Below, in pieces: positions 48,125 through 61,815 of a DNA stretch of 64,000 nt (position 1 is its first letter; each line of letters starts with the position of its first letter). The notes beneath the pieces were generated by a model. That model saw nothing but the letters and a program-made list of their open reading frames with translations. It did not search any database and was not told the DNA's origin. A program made the position numbers and the translations under genes. This DNA is from Heptranchias perlo. Its lineage: Eukaryota. The stretch is taken from the NCBI RefSeq assembly GCF_035084215.1, contig NC_090328.1, positions 138,012,001 through 138,076,000 of the forward strand, read 5' to 3'.

Positions 48125-49725
48125 TTAAGGAATGAAGCTGGGCAGGTGGAAGGAGTATCAGTGGGAGAGCATTTTGGTGGTAGTGATCATAATTCAGTTA
48201 GATTTAGCATAGTTAAGGACAAAAATAGAACAGGAGTAAAAGTTCTAAATTGGGGAAAGTCCAATTTTGTTAAGCTGAGAAGTGATTTAGCAAAAGTGTC
48301 CAGGAAACAGCTACTTGAAAGTAAATCAGTGTCAGAGCAGTGGGAGGCATTCAAGGGGGAGATTCAAGGGGTTCAGAGTAAACATATTCCCACAAAGAAA
48401 AAGGGTGGAACTGCCAAATCTAGAGCCCCCTGGATGACAAGGAGCATTCAGGGTAAGATAAGGCAAAAAAGGGAAGCTCATGTCAGACACCAAGAGCTCA
48501 ATACTGCAGAAAGCCTAGAGCAGTATAGAAAGTACAGGGGTGAAATTAAAAAGGAAATTAGGAAAGCAAAGAGAGGGCATGAAAAAATATTGGCAACTAA
48601 AATCAAGGAAAACCCAAAGATGTTTTATGAATACATAAAGAGCAAGAGGATAACTAAGGAAAGAATAGGGCCTATTAGAGACAAAAAAGGTAACCTGTGT
48701 GTGGAGGCGGAAGATGTGGGTACTTTGCATCTGTCTTCACAAAAGAGGGAGACAATGCAGAGATTGTAGTTAAGGAGGAGGAGTATGAAATATTGGATGG
48801 GATAAACATAGTGAGAGAGGAAGTATTAAGGGGTTTAGCATCTTTGAAAGTAGATAAATCGCCAGGCCCGGATGAAATATATCCCAGGCTGTTAAAAAAA
48901 ACAAGGGAGGAAATAGCGGAGGCTCTGACCATCATTTTCCAATCCGTCCCTGGATACAGACATGGTACTGGAGGATTGGAGGACTGCTAACGTTGTACTG
49001 TTGTTTAAAAAGGGAAAAAGGGATAGACTGAGTAATTATAGGCCAGTTCGTCTAACCTCGGTGGTGGGCAAATTATTGGAATTAATTCTGAGAGACAGCA
49101 TAAAACGTCATTTAGAAAGGCATGGATTAATCAAGGACAGTCAGCATGGATTTGTTAAGGGAAGGTCGTGTCTGACTAACTTGATTGAATTTTTTGAGCA
49201 GGTAACAAGGAGGGTCGATGAGGGTAGCATGTTTGATGTAGTGTACATGGATTTTAGCAAGGCTTTTTACAGGGTCCCACATGGCAGACTGGTCAAAAAA
49301 GTAAAAGCCCATGGGATCCAAGGGAAAGTGGCAAGTTGGATCCAAAATTGGCTCAGTGGCAGGAAGCAAAGGGTAATGGTCGATGGGTGTTTTTGTGACT
49401 GGAAGGCTGTTTCCAGTGGGGTTCCGCAGGGCTCAGTACCAGGTCCCTTGCTTTTTGTGATATATATTAATGATTTAGACTTAAATGTAGGGGGCATGAT
49501 TAAGAAGTTTGCAGATGGTACAAAAATTGGCCGTGTGGTTAATAGTGAGGAGGAAAGCTGTAGACTGCAGGAAGATATCAATGGACTGGTCAGGTGGGCA
49601 GAAAAGTGGCAAATGGAATTCTATCCAGAGAAGTGTGAGGTAATACATTTGGGGAGGACAAACTAGGCAAGGGAGTACACAATAAATGAAAGGATACTGA
49701 GAGGTGTAGAGGAACAGAGGGACCT
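48125..49725 (+). mobile_element. CR1 ORF2 fragment (EN end to RT), followed by short antisense CR1 pieces to about 49935
   Basis: GSDHNSVRF, APWMT, KSPGPD, SQHGF, GVPQGS. Confidence 0.92.
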
Positions 49726-51241
49726 TGTAAGAGCAATCCAGTTAGTCCCATTCCCCAACTCTTTCCCCGTAGCCCTGCAAATTTTTTCCCTTCAAGCATT
49801 TATCCAATTCCTTTTTGAAAGTCATGATTGAATCAAGTTAGTTTAACTCGATTTGCCTTGCTGGCTTTCCTTTATTAATCCACACTTGTTCACGCTGCTA
49901 ATTTTGTCTCGGATTATTGCTTCTAAAAGTTTTTACCAGTTGTTTTGTGGTGTGTGATGCTGAGCTGAGGCAAGAACCACAGATTAGTGAGACAAAGCTG
50001 GGGATGGAATAGGAGAAAGAGAAACATCCAGATACGACCGAGAAATAAAAAGCACGGAAACAGAGAGGTGAAGGGGAGATACAAGGACAGATTGACATGA
50101 AGAGGCATGGGCAGATCAAAGGGAAAGAATGAGTGCAATAGAGACACAAGGATGGAGAGAGATGAGAGAGAAAACAAGACAGGTTTAAACATAGACAAGT
50201 GGAATAGAGTGGAAACCACAGTCAGGCCTCAGCGTATCCTGGCACAAGCCTAGCTTGTTGCAGATGTTACGTGATTTTGAAAGCTGCTAAAAACACAGAA
50301 AGGTTAAATAATATGCATGAAACTTTATTCTATTGATTATGACTTCATTATCAATTGAGTCATTCATATTTTGATAATCTCCCCCACCCACACACACAAA
50401 CACAGTTTTCTTCATAAACCTGGTAACATTTTAAGAGTGGCATAAACTGGCAGTAAGATGACAGCCCATCTGCCACTGCTGGTTTGAACAGGCTGCAGAG
50501 CATTGCTTCACACCAATGGCTAGAGATTAGTCTGCAGTTAATTAAACAAACAAAAAAAGAAAGCTATTTTGTTGTATTACTACAGCTTTAGATTAAAATG
50601 TGGGAATGCCAAGATCGGAACAATTTCATGATAAAATAAATCATAACGATGTTATGAAAGGTTTTCCTGATCAACAAAGGTTCCTTATTTAACAGAAGCC
50701 AAGATATGGGTGCCTATGATTCCTTCAGTTCCTGCAGCCAATGCAGCCAACACTGATATCCGAGGACAGGTCCAGTATTTGGTAGGTGGACAGATTGACA
50801 AAGGCAGACAGACGGAGGGAGTAAAGCGGAGAATGAGAGAAATCCTGGCCAAAACATTCTCCAAAAGTCTTCTGAACATTTATGCAACTTTGTGCCATCA
50901 AATAAAATAGGTAATTCAGTGCCTCAACACATTGTAATATTTCAGAATGGGTAGTGGCACACTAATGTTAGAATTACGTCCAAGGAATAACTCCCCTGAG
51001 TTAAATTTACACGTGACCAAAAGTATTACTAGATGTTTAAACAGGAAATAGCCCTCTAGTATAAATGAGGAGCTGCCCAGTCGGACAAGAAAGAGCTACA
51101 ATATGCTCGGTCAGCTGGAGAGGAGCAGAGAGTAAAACAATCTAGGCTTACAACAGTGACTACATTTCAAAATTACTTCATTGGCTGTAAAACGCTATGA
51201 GTCATCCTAAGGTCATGAAAGGTGCAATATAAATACAAGTA

Positions 51242-53235
51242 TCATAGTAGGTACAGCACAGGAGGAGGCCATTCGGCCAATCGTGCCTATGCCGGCTCTT
51301 TGAAAGAGCTATCCAATTAGACCCATTCCCCTGCTCTCTCCCCATAGCCCTGTAAACTTTTTCCCTTCAAGTATTTATCCAACTCCCTTTTGAAAGTTAC
51401 TATTGAATCTGTTTCCACCACCCTTTCAGGCAGCGCATTCCAGATCATTACAACTCGCTGTGTAAAAAAAATATTTCCTCATGTCGCCTCTGGCTCTTTT
51501 GCTGATCACCTTAAATCTGTGTCCTCCAGTTACTGATCCTTCTGCCACTGGAAACAGTTTCTCCTTATTTACTCTATCAAAACCGTTCATGATCTTGAAC
51601 ATTTGCAATCCTCCAGTCCTCCGGCACCGACCCCATTTCTAAGAAGCACTGTAAGATTGTGGCCAGAGCCTCTGCAATTTCCACCCTTACTTCCCTCAGT
51701 AATCTAGGATGCATCCCATCTGGACCAGATGACTTTTCTACTTTGAGTACTGCTAACCTTTTAAGTACCTCCTCTCTATCTATTTTTACCCTATCCAATA
51801 TCGCTACTATCTCCTCCTTTACTGCTACAATGGCAGCATCCTCTTCTCTAGTGAAGACTGATGTGAAGTATTCATTTAGTGCCTCAGCCTCCACAACTCC
51901 ACAAGAAGATCTTCTTTGTCCCTAATCGGCCCCACAGTTCCTTTGACTCCCCTTTTACTATTTATATGTCTATAAAAGACTTTTGGGTTCCTTTTTATGT
52001 AAACCACTAATCTATTCTCATACTCTTTCTCTTTACCCCTCTTATTCCCTTTTTTAGATCTCCTCTGTACTTTCTGTATTCAGCCTGGTTCTCTACTGTA
52101 TTATGAACCTTACATTCATCATAAGCCTCCTTTTCCTGTTTCATTTTAATCTCTATATCTTTAGTCATCCAGGGAGCTCTAGCTTTGGATGCCCTTCCTT
52201 TCCCCCTCGTAGGGATGTGTCCACTCTGTACCTGAACCAACTCCTCCTTGAAGGCCTCCCTTTGTTCAATTACTGTTTTGCCCACCAATTTTTGATTCCA
52301 ATCCACCTGGACAAGATCCCTTTTAACTCACTGAAATTAATCCTCCTCCAGTTAACCATTTTCACATTTGATTGTACCTTGTCCTTTTCCATAACTATTC
52401 TAAACCTAATGATATTATGATCACTGTTCCCCAAATGCTCCCCCATTGAAACATGCTCCACCTTCCCCATTTCATTCCCCAGAACTAGATCCAGCACTGT
52501 TCAAGAAAGTTCTCTTGAACATATTTCAGGAATTCCTCCCCCTCTTTGCCCTTTACACTGTTACTGTCCAGGTCTGTATTGGGATAATTGAAATCCCACA
52601 TTATCACCACTCTATAGTTCTTGCATCTTTCTGAAATTTGCCATAAATTTTTCTCCTCTATCCCCTTCCCACTATTTGGTGGCCTATAGTATACGCCCAA
52701 TAGTGTAATAGCTTCTCTCTTGTTCCTTAATTTTAACCAAATAGCTTCTGTCTTTGACCCCTCAATGACATCATCCCTTTCCAGTGCTGTAATAGTTTCT
52801 TTGATCAATACTGCTACCCCCACCCCCACTCTTCCTTCCCTATCTTTCCTGAATATCTTGTAGCCAGGAATATTAAGTACCCAATCTTCCCCTTCTTTGA
52901 GCCAGGTCTCTGTTATTGCCATTAAATCCTAGTCCTATATGGGCCTGCAGCTCACCAACCTTATTTACCACGCTACATGCATTTACACACATGCACTCTA
53001 AACTTATCTTAGACTGCCTTGCATTTGCCCTCTGTCTGATCCCTCCTATTTCTGAACTATTCTTTACTCGAGTGCTATTTGTCCCTCGGAGTCCTCTGTG
53101 CGCCTTGTTTCTCCTCTCTAATGTTTCATCCTGGTGCCCATCCCCCTGCCAAATTAGTTTAAACCCTCCCCCACAGCACTAGTTAACCTCCCCGCGAGGA
53201 CATTGGTCCCAGCTCTGTTGAGGTGCAACCCGTCT
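51242..53235 (-). mobile_element. CR1 with ORF1 end, endonuclease and 3' end; RT core deleted
   Basis: AITETWL, GVYYRPP, DFNYP, LDLVL and SDHN; VPEDWRIANVQ is joined directly to FKIMNGFDRV. Confidence 0.9.
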
Positions 53236-53439
53236 TTCTTTTTTTTATATAATCCCGTTGATGTCACTTGTGAGCTGGCGTATTTTGTTTCCTAGCTCAC
53301 TGATAGTATTGCCTCCAAGCAATCAGCGAATGGAATATTTCAGCGTTCTACATGATATGAGCACTTCCCAAACTCTGAGATAGTGCTTCTGGTGTGGCTG
53401 GTTAAGGCAGTGATTAGCCTAACCATACAGAGCATGAAG

Positions 53440-53760
53440 ACTGAAGATTTGATCCCTGCTCTGTGCTGTATCCAGTGCCCTCAGCTGTTTCTTGATATCA
53501 CGTGGAGTGAATCGAATTGGCTGAAGATTAGCTTCCGTGATGGTGGGGATATCGGGAGGAGGCCGAGATGGATTATCCACTCGGCACTTCTGGCTAAAGA
53601 TGGCTGCAAAAGCTTCAGCCTTGTCTTTTGCACTCACGTGCTGGACTCCGCCATCATTGAGGATGGGGATGTTCACAGAGCCTCCTCCTCCCGTTAGTTG
53701 TTTAATTGTCCACCACCATTCGCGACTGGATGTGGCAGGACTGCAGAGCTTTGATCTGAG
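53440..53760 (-). mobile_element. Non-LTR ORF2 linker fragment, probably the same family as 5099-5439
   Basis: SSREWWWTIKQLTG...KDKAEAFAAIFSQKC...IRFTPRDIKKQLRALD. Confidence 0.75.
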
Positions 53761-54922
53761 TTGGGACAGTGACAGGAGCATTGCAATTGATCTTGGAGCA
53801 TTTTACTATGTTAAAGGTGCTATATAAATGCAAATTGTTTTTGTTGACTTCAGCACCCCTGAGATTAGAGAGGGTAAAATGAGCTTGGATTTCCCTCTCC
53901 TGGTTACCAGCCAGTGACTTGTGCTGAAAGTTGTCAGGGATGGGCTTGCCCATGATGCTCCCTGGGGTTGAATAGCTTTTTGACACTTAGCATAAAGTAT
54001 CACACATGGCCACTGGGGTGAGGTATCAGAGGTGCCTGTAGAACCACACCCAGCAAGGAGTCGAAGGCTTCAGCAAAGGAGAGAAGGGGGAGAAGATTGG
54101 TGGAAAGAAAAAGAAAATAGTTTCAGTAAAACTCCATGATGTATCCGGAAAAAAATCTGCACTTATACACTGACTTTAAATGAAAAATATTGAGCACAGC
54201 ACACATTTAATTTACAAATAGCTGATCAATCTGACACTTCTCACATCTTTTCCCCGCCTCTCACCACAGAGAAGCAGATATTCTGAATAAATCCCCGCCA
54301 ACAAAACCAATCGAGAGAGCTGGATAAATATCTAGTTAACAATGGGATGGAAAATTCAAGGACAAGCACACATAAAGGTCATCAAATACTCGACATGAAA
54401 TGATGACTAATGCCCTGTTAGTACTATGGATGTTACTTCTGTAATGCAACTTGTCAGAGTTATAAGTGTGGATTGGTAGGTTGGATCGACATTCAGCACA
54501 TCCTGCAGACAAACACCACGAGAAAACTTACCTCGAGGTCTCCGACATCCACTTGCTCCCTTTTCAATTTTTTTTCAGTTCAGCGCTGTGATTTCAGCGC
54601 AGGTTCATTGGGAACCGATACAGACTGTGGGAACGGAAGTCCCACCAACAGAATCTGTCAAGAAGAGAAGTCACACAAGCAGGCAAGTAGAAACCATTCA
54701 TTGAAAGTAAAATTTAACATATCATTAAAAGACAACCAATTGATTTAAAGTAATGAAACTCACAGAAGTTAAAAGTAAAAAATTAAAATTAAAAATTTAA
54801 TTTTTAATTTTTTTTTAAAGATCAAAAAATATTAAGAGTATTATGACATTCCACGTTTTTTAAATTTAAGTTTTTGATGTTTTGCAGTCATTAACAGTTA
54901 TCGCGCTTTTAAAAAGAGTGGA

Positions 54923-55189
54923 AACATAGAAAATTTACAGCAAAGAATGAGGCCATTCAGCCCATCGTGTCGGTGCCGGTCGAAAAAGAGCCACCCAGCC
55001 TAATCCCACTTTCCAGCACTTGGTCTGTAGCCCTGTAGGTTACAGCACTTCAGGTGCACATCCAGGTACTTTATAAATGTGATGAGGGTTTCTGCCTCTC
55101 CCACCCTTTCAGGCAGTGAGTTCCAGACCCCCACCACCTTCTGGGTGAAAACATTTTTCCTCAGCTCCCCTCTAATCCTTCTACCAATT
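54923..55189 (-). mobile_element. CR1 3' end
   Basis: Tail AACATAGAAA; reverse complement similar to 23700-23970. Confidence 0.85.
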
Positions 55190-56014
55190 GCGTTGAGTGA
55201 CTCTAAGCCTCTGTGTGCACTGCTGCTCAGAGAGGTCCAGGAAGCTGAGCCTCGGTCTGTGGACCCTGTGGCGAGGGTAGTGCCCTCTGCGACGCATCTC
55301 TCTCTGCAGTTGCCCTCCCTCCTGCTGTGCAGGTGGATGTGTCACAGCACTGTGTTGTGGAGCTCCACGTGTCAGAGGTGGACGGCGTGGATGGCGAGGC
55401 TGGCGAGGCTGGTGAGGTTGTTCGCCCTCCGAGGAGGTCATGACTGCAGCTATGGCGGCCCCCATCCAGAAGATGTACATCTGAGGGGGTCCGCAAGGTA
55501 GGTACATGTCTCCGGACACCGGGGTAAGTGTGCAAGTTGGTGACTTTGATTGTCAGGAGGAGGGTGGTGGAGGCCAAACTTTGTCCCAAGTGACAGAGTG
55601 GCCTCCTGCAATGAGTGAGGGTCTTCCCTCCCCCCACCCCCGACCTGTCAAATGGACCTTTGCAGCTGCCACAGGCTGATGGCTGCAACACGTCCATTTC
55701 AACTGGGAGTGTTTCCCCCAGTATGGGAAACAGTCCCAGTTGTTTCTAAAATCCCACCCCTCCTGAAATATTCCCTTAATCAGGTCTGTTAATGACCTGA
55801 AATACCTAAGTAAATATTGTTAAGTGACACCCCGCCGGCTTTAATTGCCTGCGGGAGTCCCACATGCGGGGGCTGCGCGCGCACATCAGCGCGTCAGTGG
55901 GGAACCCGGAAGTCGACGGGTTGGAGCCGGGCTCCCGACCCGGTCCGGGATTCCCCGATTTTCGGAGCCCCCCCGCCAGGAACGCAGCCGATCGCGGGTG
56001 CTAAAATGGAGCCC
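55190..56014 (-). mobile_element. Second copy of the Harbinger element (right part only)
   Basis: Colinear with 29120-29915; ends TGCTAAAATGGAGCCC. Confidence 0.88.
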
Positions 56015-56245
56015 GATGTGGCTGCAGGGTGAGCACCTCCTGGAACATACAATCCAGGAAACCTTCAGCCTCCCTAATGCTGTGCAGTGACTCCAGCCGC
56101 CCCTCAAGCTCAGAAACCGTCAGCTTGAGCTCGAGCAACAGGAGCCATTTCCTGCACACGTGACCCTCCAGGACACATGAAATGCCCTGAAGTTCCCACA
56201 TGGAGCAGGAATTGCAGGCAATGGGTCTCAGTTGCCCGTCCATTA
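56015..56245 (-). mobile_element. CR1 ORF1 N-terminus (Cys zinc finger and leucine-zipper-like segment)
   Basis: IACNSCSMWE...HVCRKW..LLELKLTVSELEGRLESL. Confidence 0.75.
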
Positions 56246-56479
56246 TATTTAGAAATCTTTTTTTCTGAACTCCCTTTGGATACTCGATTATTAATTTACT
56301 TACTGTTTACTTACCCCAATTAACCTACCCTTTTATTCCGGGTCTCTCCGAGCTCCTCCTCTCTGTTCACTGGGACGTCACTGTGATGGCACTCTCTCTG
56401 TTTTAGTGAATGGGGCTCCTCCCTCCTGGTGCTCAGCACCACTTCTCCGCTCCCACTTTTGTCTGAAGATCTGCAAGGG

Positions 56480-57667
56480 GTTCAGAGAGCTTGTAAGAAT
56501 AACAGGACTATAATATTGGATGTTCTTAACGATTGCAAACTAGACTGGAGTAAATGTAATGCATGTGGTCAAAGTGGGCAATGCTTTTTAGAAAACATCC
56601 AGGACTACTTCCTAGATCAATACCTTTCAAGAAAAAAATATTGTTTGATTTAGTTCTGGGAAATGAAGTGAAGAACAATTGCGAACTAGTAACCACAATA
56701 CAGTTAGATTAAATGTGAAAGTAGACAAGAGGAATGGAGCGTCAAAGAGAAGGGTGTTGAACTGGAAAGGACAAGCTTCAGCAAGATGAAACAAGGATCC
56801 GGCCCAAATTAACAAGGCACAAAAGTTAGCAGTTGGAAATCTTCAAATATGAGATGCATAGAGAACAAAATAAATATATTACTTCAAGGTGAAAAGGGAA
56901 TGCACCAAAGTATACAACAATTCTGTGGACAAATAGAAAGATTAAAGCTAAACTGAAACTTAAAACTTTATATAATAAAGTTAGGACTAACAATACTTAA
57001 GAAAATCATGAGGAATATAGTCGTGGGGAGGTGAAAAGGGAGATTAAAAGACTAAAAGGGAATATGAAAAAAGGCTATCAGATAATATAAAAGGAAATCC
57101 TAAGGGCTTTGCAAAACATTGGCTAGGCCACAGTGTGCAGTTTAGTTGACCCTGCTATAGAAAGGACAATAAAGCCATTGATTCAACATAGATTCACCAG
57201 AATGAAAGCAGGGGTGTAATTCTATAGTTATGAGGAAAGACTTGAGGTACTAGGAATATTTCTACTACAGCAGAGAAGGCTAAGAAGAAATTTAATAGAG
57301 GTTAATAAAATTATGAAGTTTTAATAGAGTGAATAGGGAGAAATTCATCTGGTCAGGGAGTCAGCGATGAGAGGTCATCAATTTAAAATGATCACTAAGA
57401 AAATGAGGAGCGAGGTTTAGGAGAAATTTCTTTACACAGAGGGTGATCGGAGCATGGAATGCTTTGCCGCAGCAAGTGATTGAGGCAGAGAGCATTGTAT
57501 CTCTTAAAGGAAAATTGGATAAATGTTTGATGCAGAAGAATATACAGAGCTATGGAGAAAGAATGGGGCAGTGGGATTAGGTCTGGATTGGTTCGGCAAA
57601 GAGCTGGCACAGACACGATCGACCGAATGGCCTCTTTCAGTGCAGTGAGCTTCTATGGTTCTATGAT
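56480..57667 (+). mobile_element. Old, multiply deleted CR1
   Basis: FLENIQDYFLDQY remnant, 3' UTR and CTATGGTTCTATGA tail. Confidence 0.75.
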
Positions 57668-60076
57668 AATATAAATAGGCTGACCATAGAAGGTCTGTGG
57701 GGTTGTCCATATTTAATGTGCAAGTACCAATCTTGCAGCACACTGTTCACCCAGTGTCAGTGACAGGACCAGAAATTGTACCCTATAGTACCTTGCTGTT
57801 CTGTCTTCTAGTATGTAGTGCAAAAAGTGGTTGAGCACAGACTTGTATCTCTGAGTACCCACATGGCAGGTTCCTGGTCTTGGCTGTGTAGTCTGAAGGG
57901 GGAGAAGGAGCTCAGCACGGGCTGGATGGCTGCTCAGATGGAAGGAGAAAAAAACAGTGTGTAAAACACCCTAATTGGTCTCATAAATCCTGAGGAGCAG
58001 CTCACAATGGTAATGGCAGACAGCAGGGAGCCAGTCACCTGCTCACCTCTCCATCGAGGAGCTGTACAAGGCATGGACACAGCTAAAGTGAAGGGAGGAA
58101 AGTCAATGCTTGTTTAAAACAATGCTGCATTTTACAAAATGCTTATCTTCAATCAAATCTTCTGTGTGTACATTTTCTGATAAAATTAAGTTTGAAAATC
58201 AGTTACTTCTGTAATCAGACTAAGGGGTAAATAGATCAAAGAATTTACAGAACAATGATTGCAACAAAATAATCGAATTGATAGAGTGTGAATAAATGCA
58301 GTATTTAAAGACACTGTCCTATGCTTGAATGCATGATTATGCTGTCCCATTAAATGGGCTGGAGCCACTGTAAGGATTTCACTGATTGAAATGCTTAAGC
58401 CACAGAAAAGCATGCTTCTGTTGAAAGACAGCGTTCCCTGCCATGGTGATCACCACCAACTCCAGACTCACGTGGTACTGATTGAAAGCTTAGCCCCGTC
58501 AAACACTCCTGCTTGCTTGTCCTGTGAGTTCAAAACGGATTTACTCGTTACCTCTGCACCTGAAATATAGAACATGAAATAGAACATGAAACTAATTCAA
58601 TAAGAAATGCCCTTGGATCAAAGACTGTTAATTCAAACAGTCACAGAATGGAAATTGTACTCAGATGAGACAGTTTCCAAAATCTTACTCAGTGAACAGA
58701 AAAAAAAGCAGAAAATTCTAGAAATAAACAATAGATCCATCAGCATCTGTAAAGACAGGTTTACGTTTCAGGTATAGACTTTCCATCAAAAAAATCTAAC
58801 AAGCTCTTAAGTGAAGTTTGCTGTATCTGATGATTAAATCTTTCAATTTACTGCTGTGATCTCTTCTTTCACTGGCAGTTCTAAAGTGAGGTTGCAAAAG
58901 GAAAGGGTTAAGCTTTATTGGTAAACGCTGAAAGGGCTGAGCCTGGTTATTAAATTTGAGTTATGCATGACATACAAAGGGGATACTGTCTCTGAGTTGC
59001 TCTACAACAAGCAAATCTCCTCCACCTGGCTATGTAAGGAAAGCTGAAATAGCTGGGTAGTGGGGGAAGGGGACAGATAGTCTTCCTCTTGTGAAACAAT
59101 TGCAGCCTTCTAGCGAAGTGAATATTCTCTGGGATGGGTAATAATTCCATTGCCAATGCAGCTTGCCCTTTTGCTGCCCAGAGCTGAATACCTGTCAGTC
59201 AGGGTCACAGGCAGGTTTAAGTGTAAGACCACTGCTCACTTTGCTCTTGAATTGTTCTTTATTTCCACTCAGACAAGGACGTCTTCCTTCCTCTATTACT
59301 CAGGCTGGATAAATGGATACGGGCTCCTTTGTTGCTCTGACTGGAGACATTGTGTTAAATGCTGCTTGTTCAAGATAAAAAGAGCTGCTTTTCTTCTCAT
59401 CAAAGCTAAGTTTATACTCCCTGAAGTCATTCTTTTAAATGAAGAACAAAGGGATGGTTTTAAATGTGGAGCACATACTCTAATCAAAAATGCCCATCAG
59501 TTTTTTAAAAAAAGATTAACATCAGTCTACAAGGAGAGATGTTAACTGTCTGACTGCTGAATGAGAGAGACATTCTCAACCCACAGAACAATGGCAGTCT
59601 GGCAGAGTTACTGAGATCTGTACCATCCTCGAGTAGGTTTGAGGCCAGTACGTGTACGAGTGGCACAAACCCAAAACCTACGAGCCACCCCAAAGACATT
59701 AGTAATTCAGCCGTCTCCAACCATCTGTCAGTTTTTAGAATACATGCAGCATATTCTATTCCTGATCTGATTACTTCAAAATGAAAGGGGAAAACTCGCA
59801 CCATTGTGTCAAATTAGTGGAGACACAGGTGAGCAGGTGACCCATAACTGGGATTGTGACTGTATGCTGGCAAAAATATAGATCAATAAATAAAGTATTA
59901 TGTATGCTCTACATCAGAATGTAAAAAGAAGTTTTATTTTCCAGAAAGTGTGGGCGGTTTCAGCATTTTACACCCTGGCAATAACTTATCTACCAACATC
60001 ACAGGGCTGTGCGTGTTCTTAGAGTAATTCACCCCTGAGAGGCATCATAGCCACCCCTAACATTCACATAACATAA

Positions 60077-60526
60077 TTGACTTACAGGGAGAGGTTAGAC
60101 AGACTGGGACTTTATTCCCTGGAGAGTAGGAGGTTAAGGGGTGATCTTATAGAAGTCTATAAAATAATGAGGGGCATAGATAAGGTCGATAGTCAAAATC
60201 TTTTCCCAAAGGTAGGGGAGTCTATAACTAGGGGACATAGATTTAAGGTGAGAGGGGAGAGATACAAAAGGATCCAGAGGGGCAATTTTTTCACTCAAAG
60301 GGTGGTGAGTGTCTGGAACGAGCTGCCAGAGGCAGTAGTAGAGGCGGGTACAATTTTGTCTTTTAAAAAGCATTTGGACAGTTACATGGGGAAGATGGGT
60401 ATCGAGGGATATGGGCCAAGTGCAGGCAATTGGGACTAGCTTAGTGGTATAAACTGGGCGACATGGACATGTTGGGCCGAAGGGCCTGTTTCCATGTTGT
60501 AACTTCTATGATTCTATGATTCTATG
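60077..60526 (+). mobile_element. Young CR1 3' end, same subfamily as 42001-43820
   Basis: About 15 substitutions over about 450 bp by eye versus 43372-43820. Confidence 0.95.
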
Positions 60527-60639
60527 AGTTGCTGAATAGTGATGAAGAGTGGCAATATAATTCATCAGATTAATTAGCAATCAAATTCAGTTTGCTGTTT
60601 TTTTTAAGTAATATTTCCAAGAATTTATTTGGAACCTAT

Positions 60640-60880
60640 AAACATTTTTTTTTACACAGCGAGTTGTTATGATCTGGAACGCACTGCCTGAAAGGGCGGT
60701 GGAAACAGATTCAATAGTAACTTTCAAAAGGGAATTGGATAAATACTTGAAGGGGAAAAAATTACAGGGCTATGGGGAAAGAGCAGGGGAGTGGGCCTAA
60801 CTGGACAACTCTTTCAAAGGGCTAGCACAGGCATGACGAGCTGAATGGCCTCCTGCGCTGAACCTACTATGATACTATGA
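60640..60880 (+). mobile_element. CR1 3' end
   Basis: Homologous to 47445-47690. Confidence 0.85.
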
Positions 60881-61004
60881 TGATGATAATAGCAATACAA
60901 ATATTAGGAGAAAAGCAGTGAAAGCTCACCATAGGTTCTTCATGAAAGAGGAGAAGAAAGTTGGAATGCATTCTGGACTCTGACGCGATTCGGCACCATG
61001 ATAT

Positions 61005-61170
61005 CCACACATGCATGTGCACACACACACGCAGGTTGGCACATACACACACAGGTCCACGCATACACATACTCATACACACATGCAGCTTAGCACATAC
61101 ACACAGGTCAACACGTACACAGATGAATGAGCGCGCACACACACACATGCAGGTCAGCACGCACATAAAT
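61005..61170. repeat. Degenerate (CA)n-rich repeat
   Basis: Directly visible. Confidence 0.85.
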
Positions 61171-61539
61171 GTCTGCACACTTTGGACACAAACATGCCTC
61201 TGTTTTTAGCTCAGTAAGCTGGAGGTGACTGAGATGCCATTGGGCAGTTGCATCACAGATCAGATGGGTGAGCTTGGCAATGTTAATATAGGACCAGGAA
61301 ATTTAAAAACTCACAACGTCTAAAATTATCCATGTGGCAGCAACCTAAAATGAATCCGATCACATTTGTTAGTTTATGATGCAATTCATTTTAAAGAGAC
61401 TGGGTTATGAGGTAAATAACTAACAAAACAACTTACCTATTTATTGACAGAAGGGCAGCACAATTACAGGCCACACAATTAAACTACCACACTGGTAATT
61501 ATGACTGTTGCTGCTGAACTGTAAAAGTTAAAATTGCAT

Positions 61540-61815
61540 ATGGTGGCTCAGTGATTAAATGCACTGCCTGGTGTGGACCTGATGCATAAAGACCAGGAAA
61601 ATCCATGGATCGATCCATAGTTTGTGTTGAGTTCGCTGATCTCTATCAGGGTGGTGGTAGGGGTTCTAACATTGACCTCAGCACCCCTGTTCAAGAGAAA
61701 AGAAAAATCACCTTGGTTCCCTCTCCTGGTAATTATTCAGGGATTCGCTGCTGAAAAATATGTTTTGTGGATGTCTGGTGAGGACAGGATGGGTGTTCAC
61801 TGTGATGCCCTTCAC
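61540..61815 (+). mobile_element. Decayed tRNA-derived SINE; related body fragment near 53845-53965
   Basis: A-box-like TGGCTCAGTGA and B-box-like GGATCGATCC; CTCAGCACCCCTG...TTCCCTCTCCTGGT is shared with 53850-53905. Confidence 0.55.

Noticed and set aside
49950-50220. GA-rich stretch giving hydrophobic Phe/Leu/Ser ORFs on the minus strand
   Set aside because: Low-complexity sequence, not a membrane-protein exon.
59150-59804. ORFs of 99-131 aa in unique DNA
   Set aside because: No recognisable homology or splice support.
4370-60880. Possible CR1 orientation bias relative to NFIA
   Set aside because: Roughly 14 plus versus 10 minus pieces by my count, which is not a meaningful skew.
61540-61620. 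Possible tRNA gene
   Set aside because: A- and B-box-like motifs are present but there is no cloverleaf, and it continues into a repeat body, so it is a SINE head.
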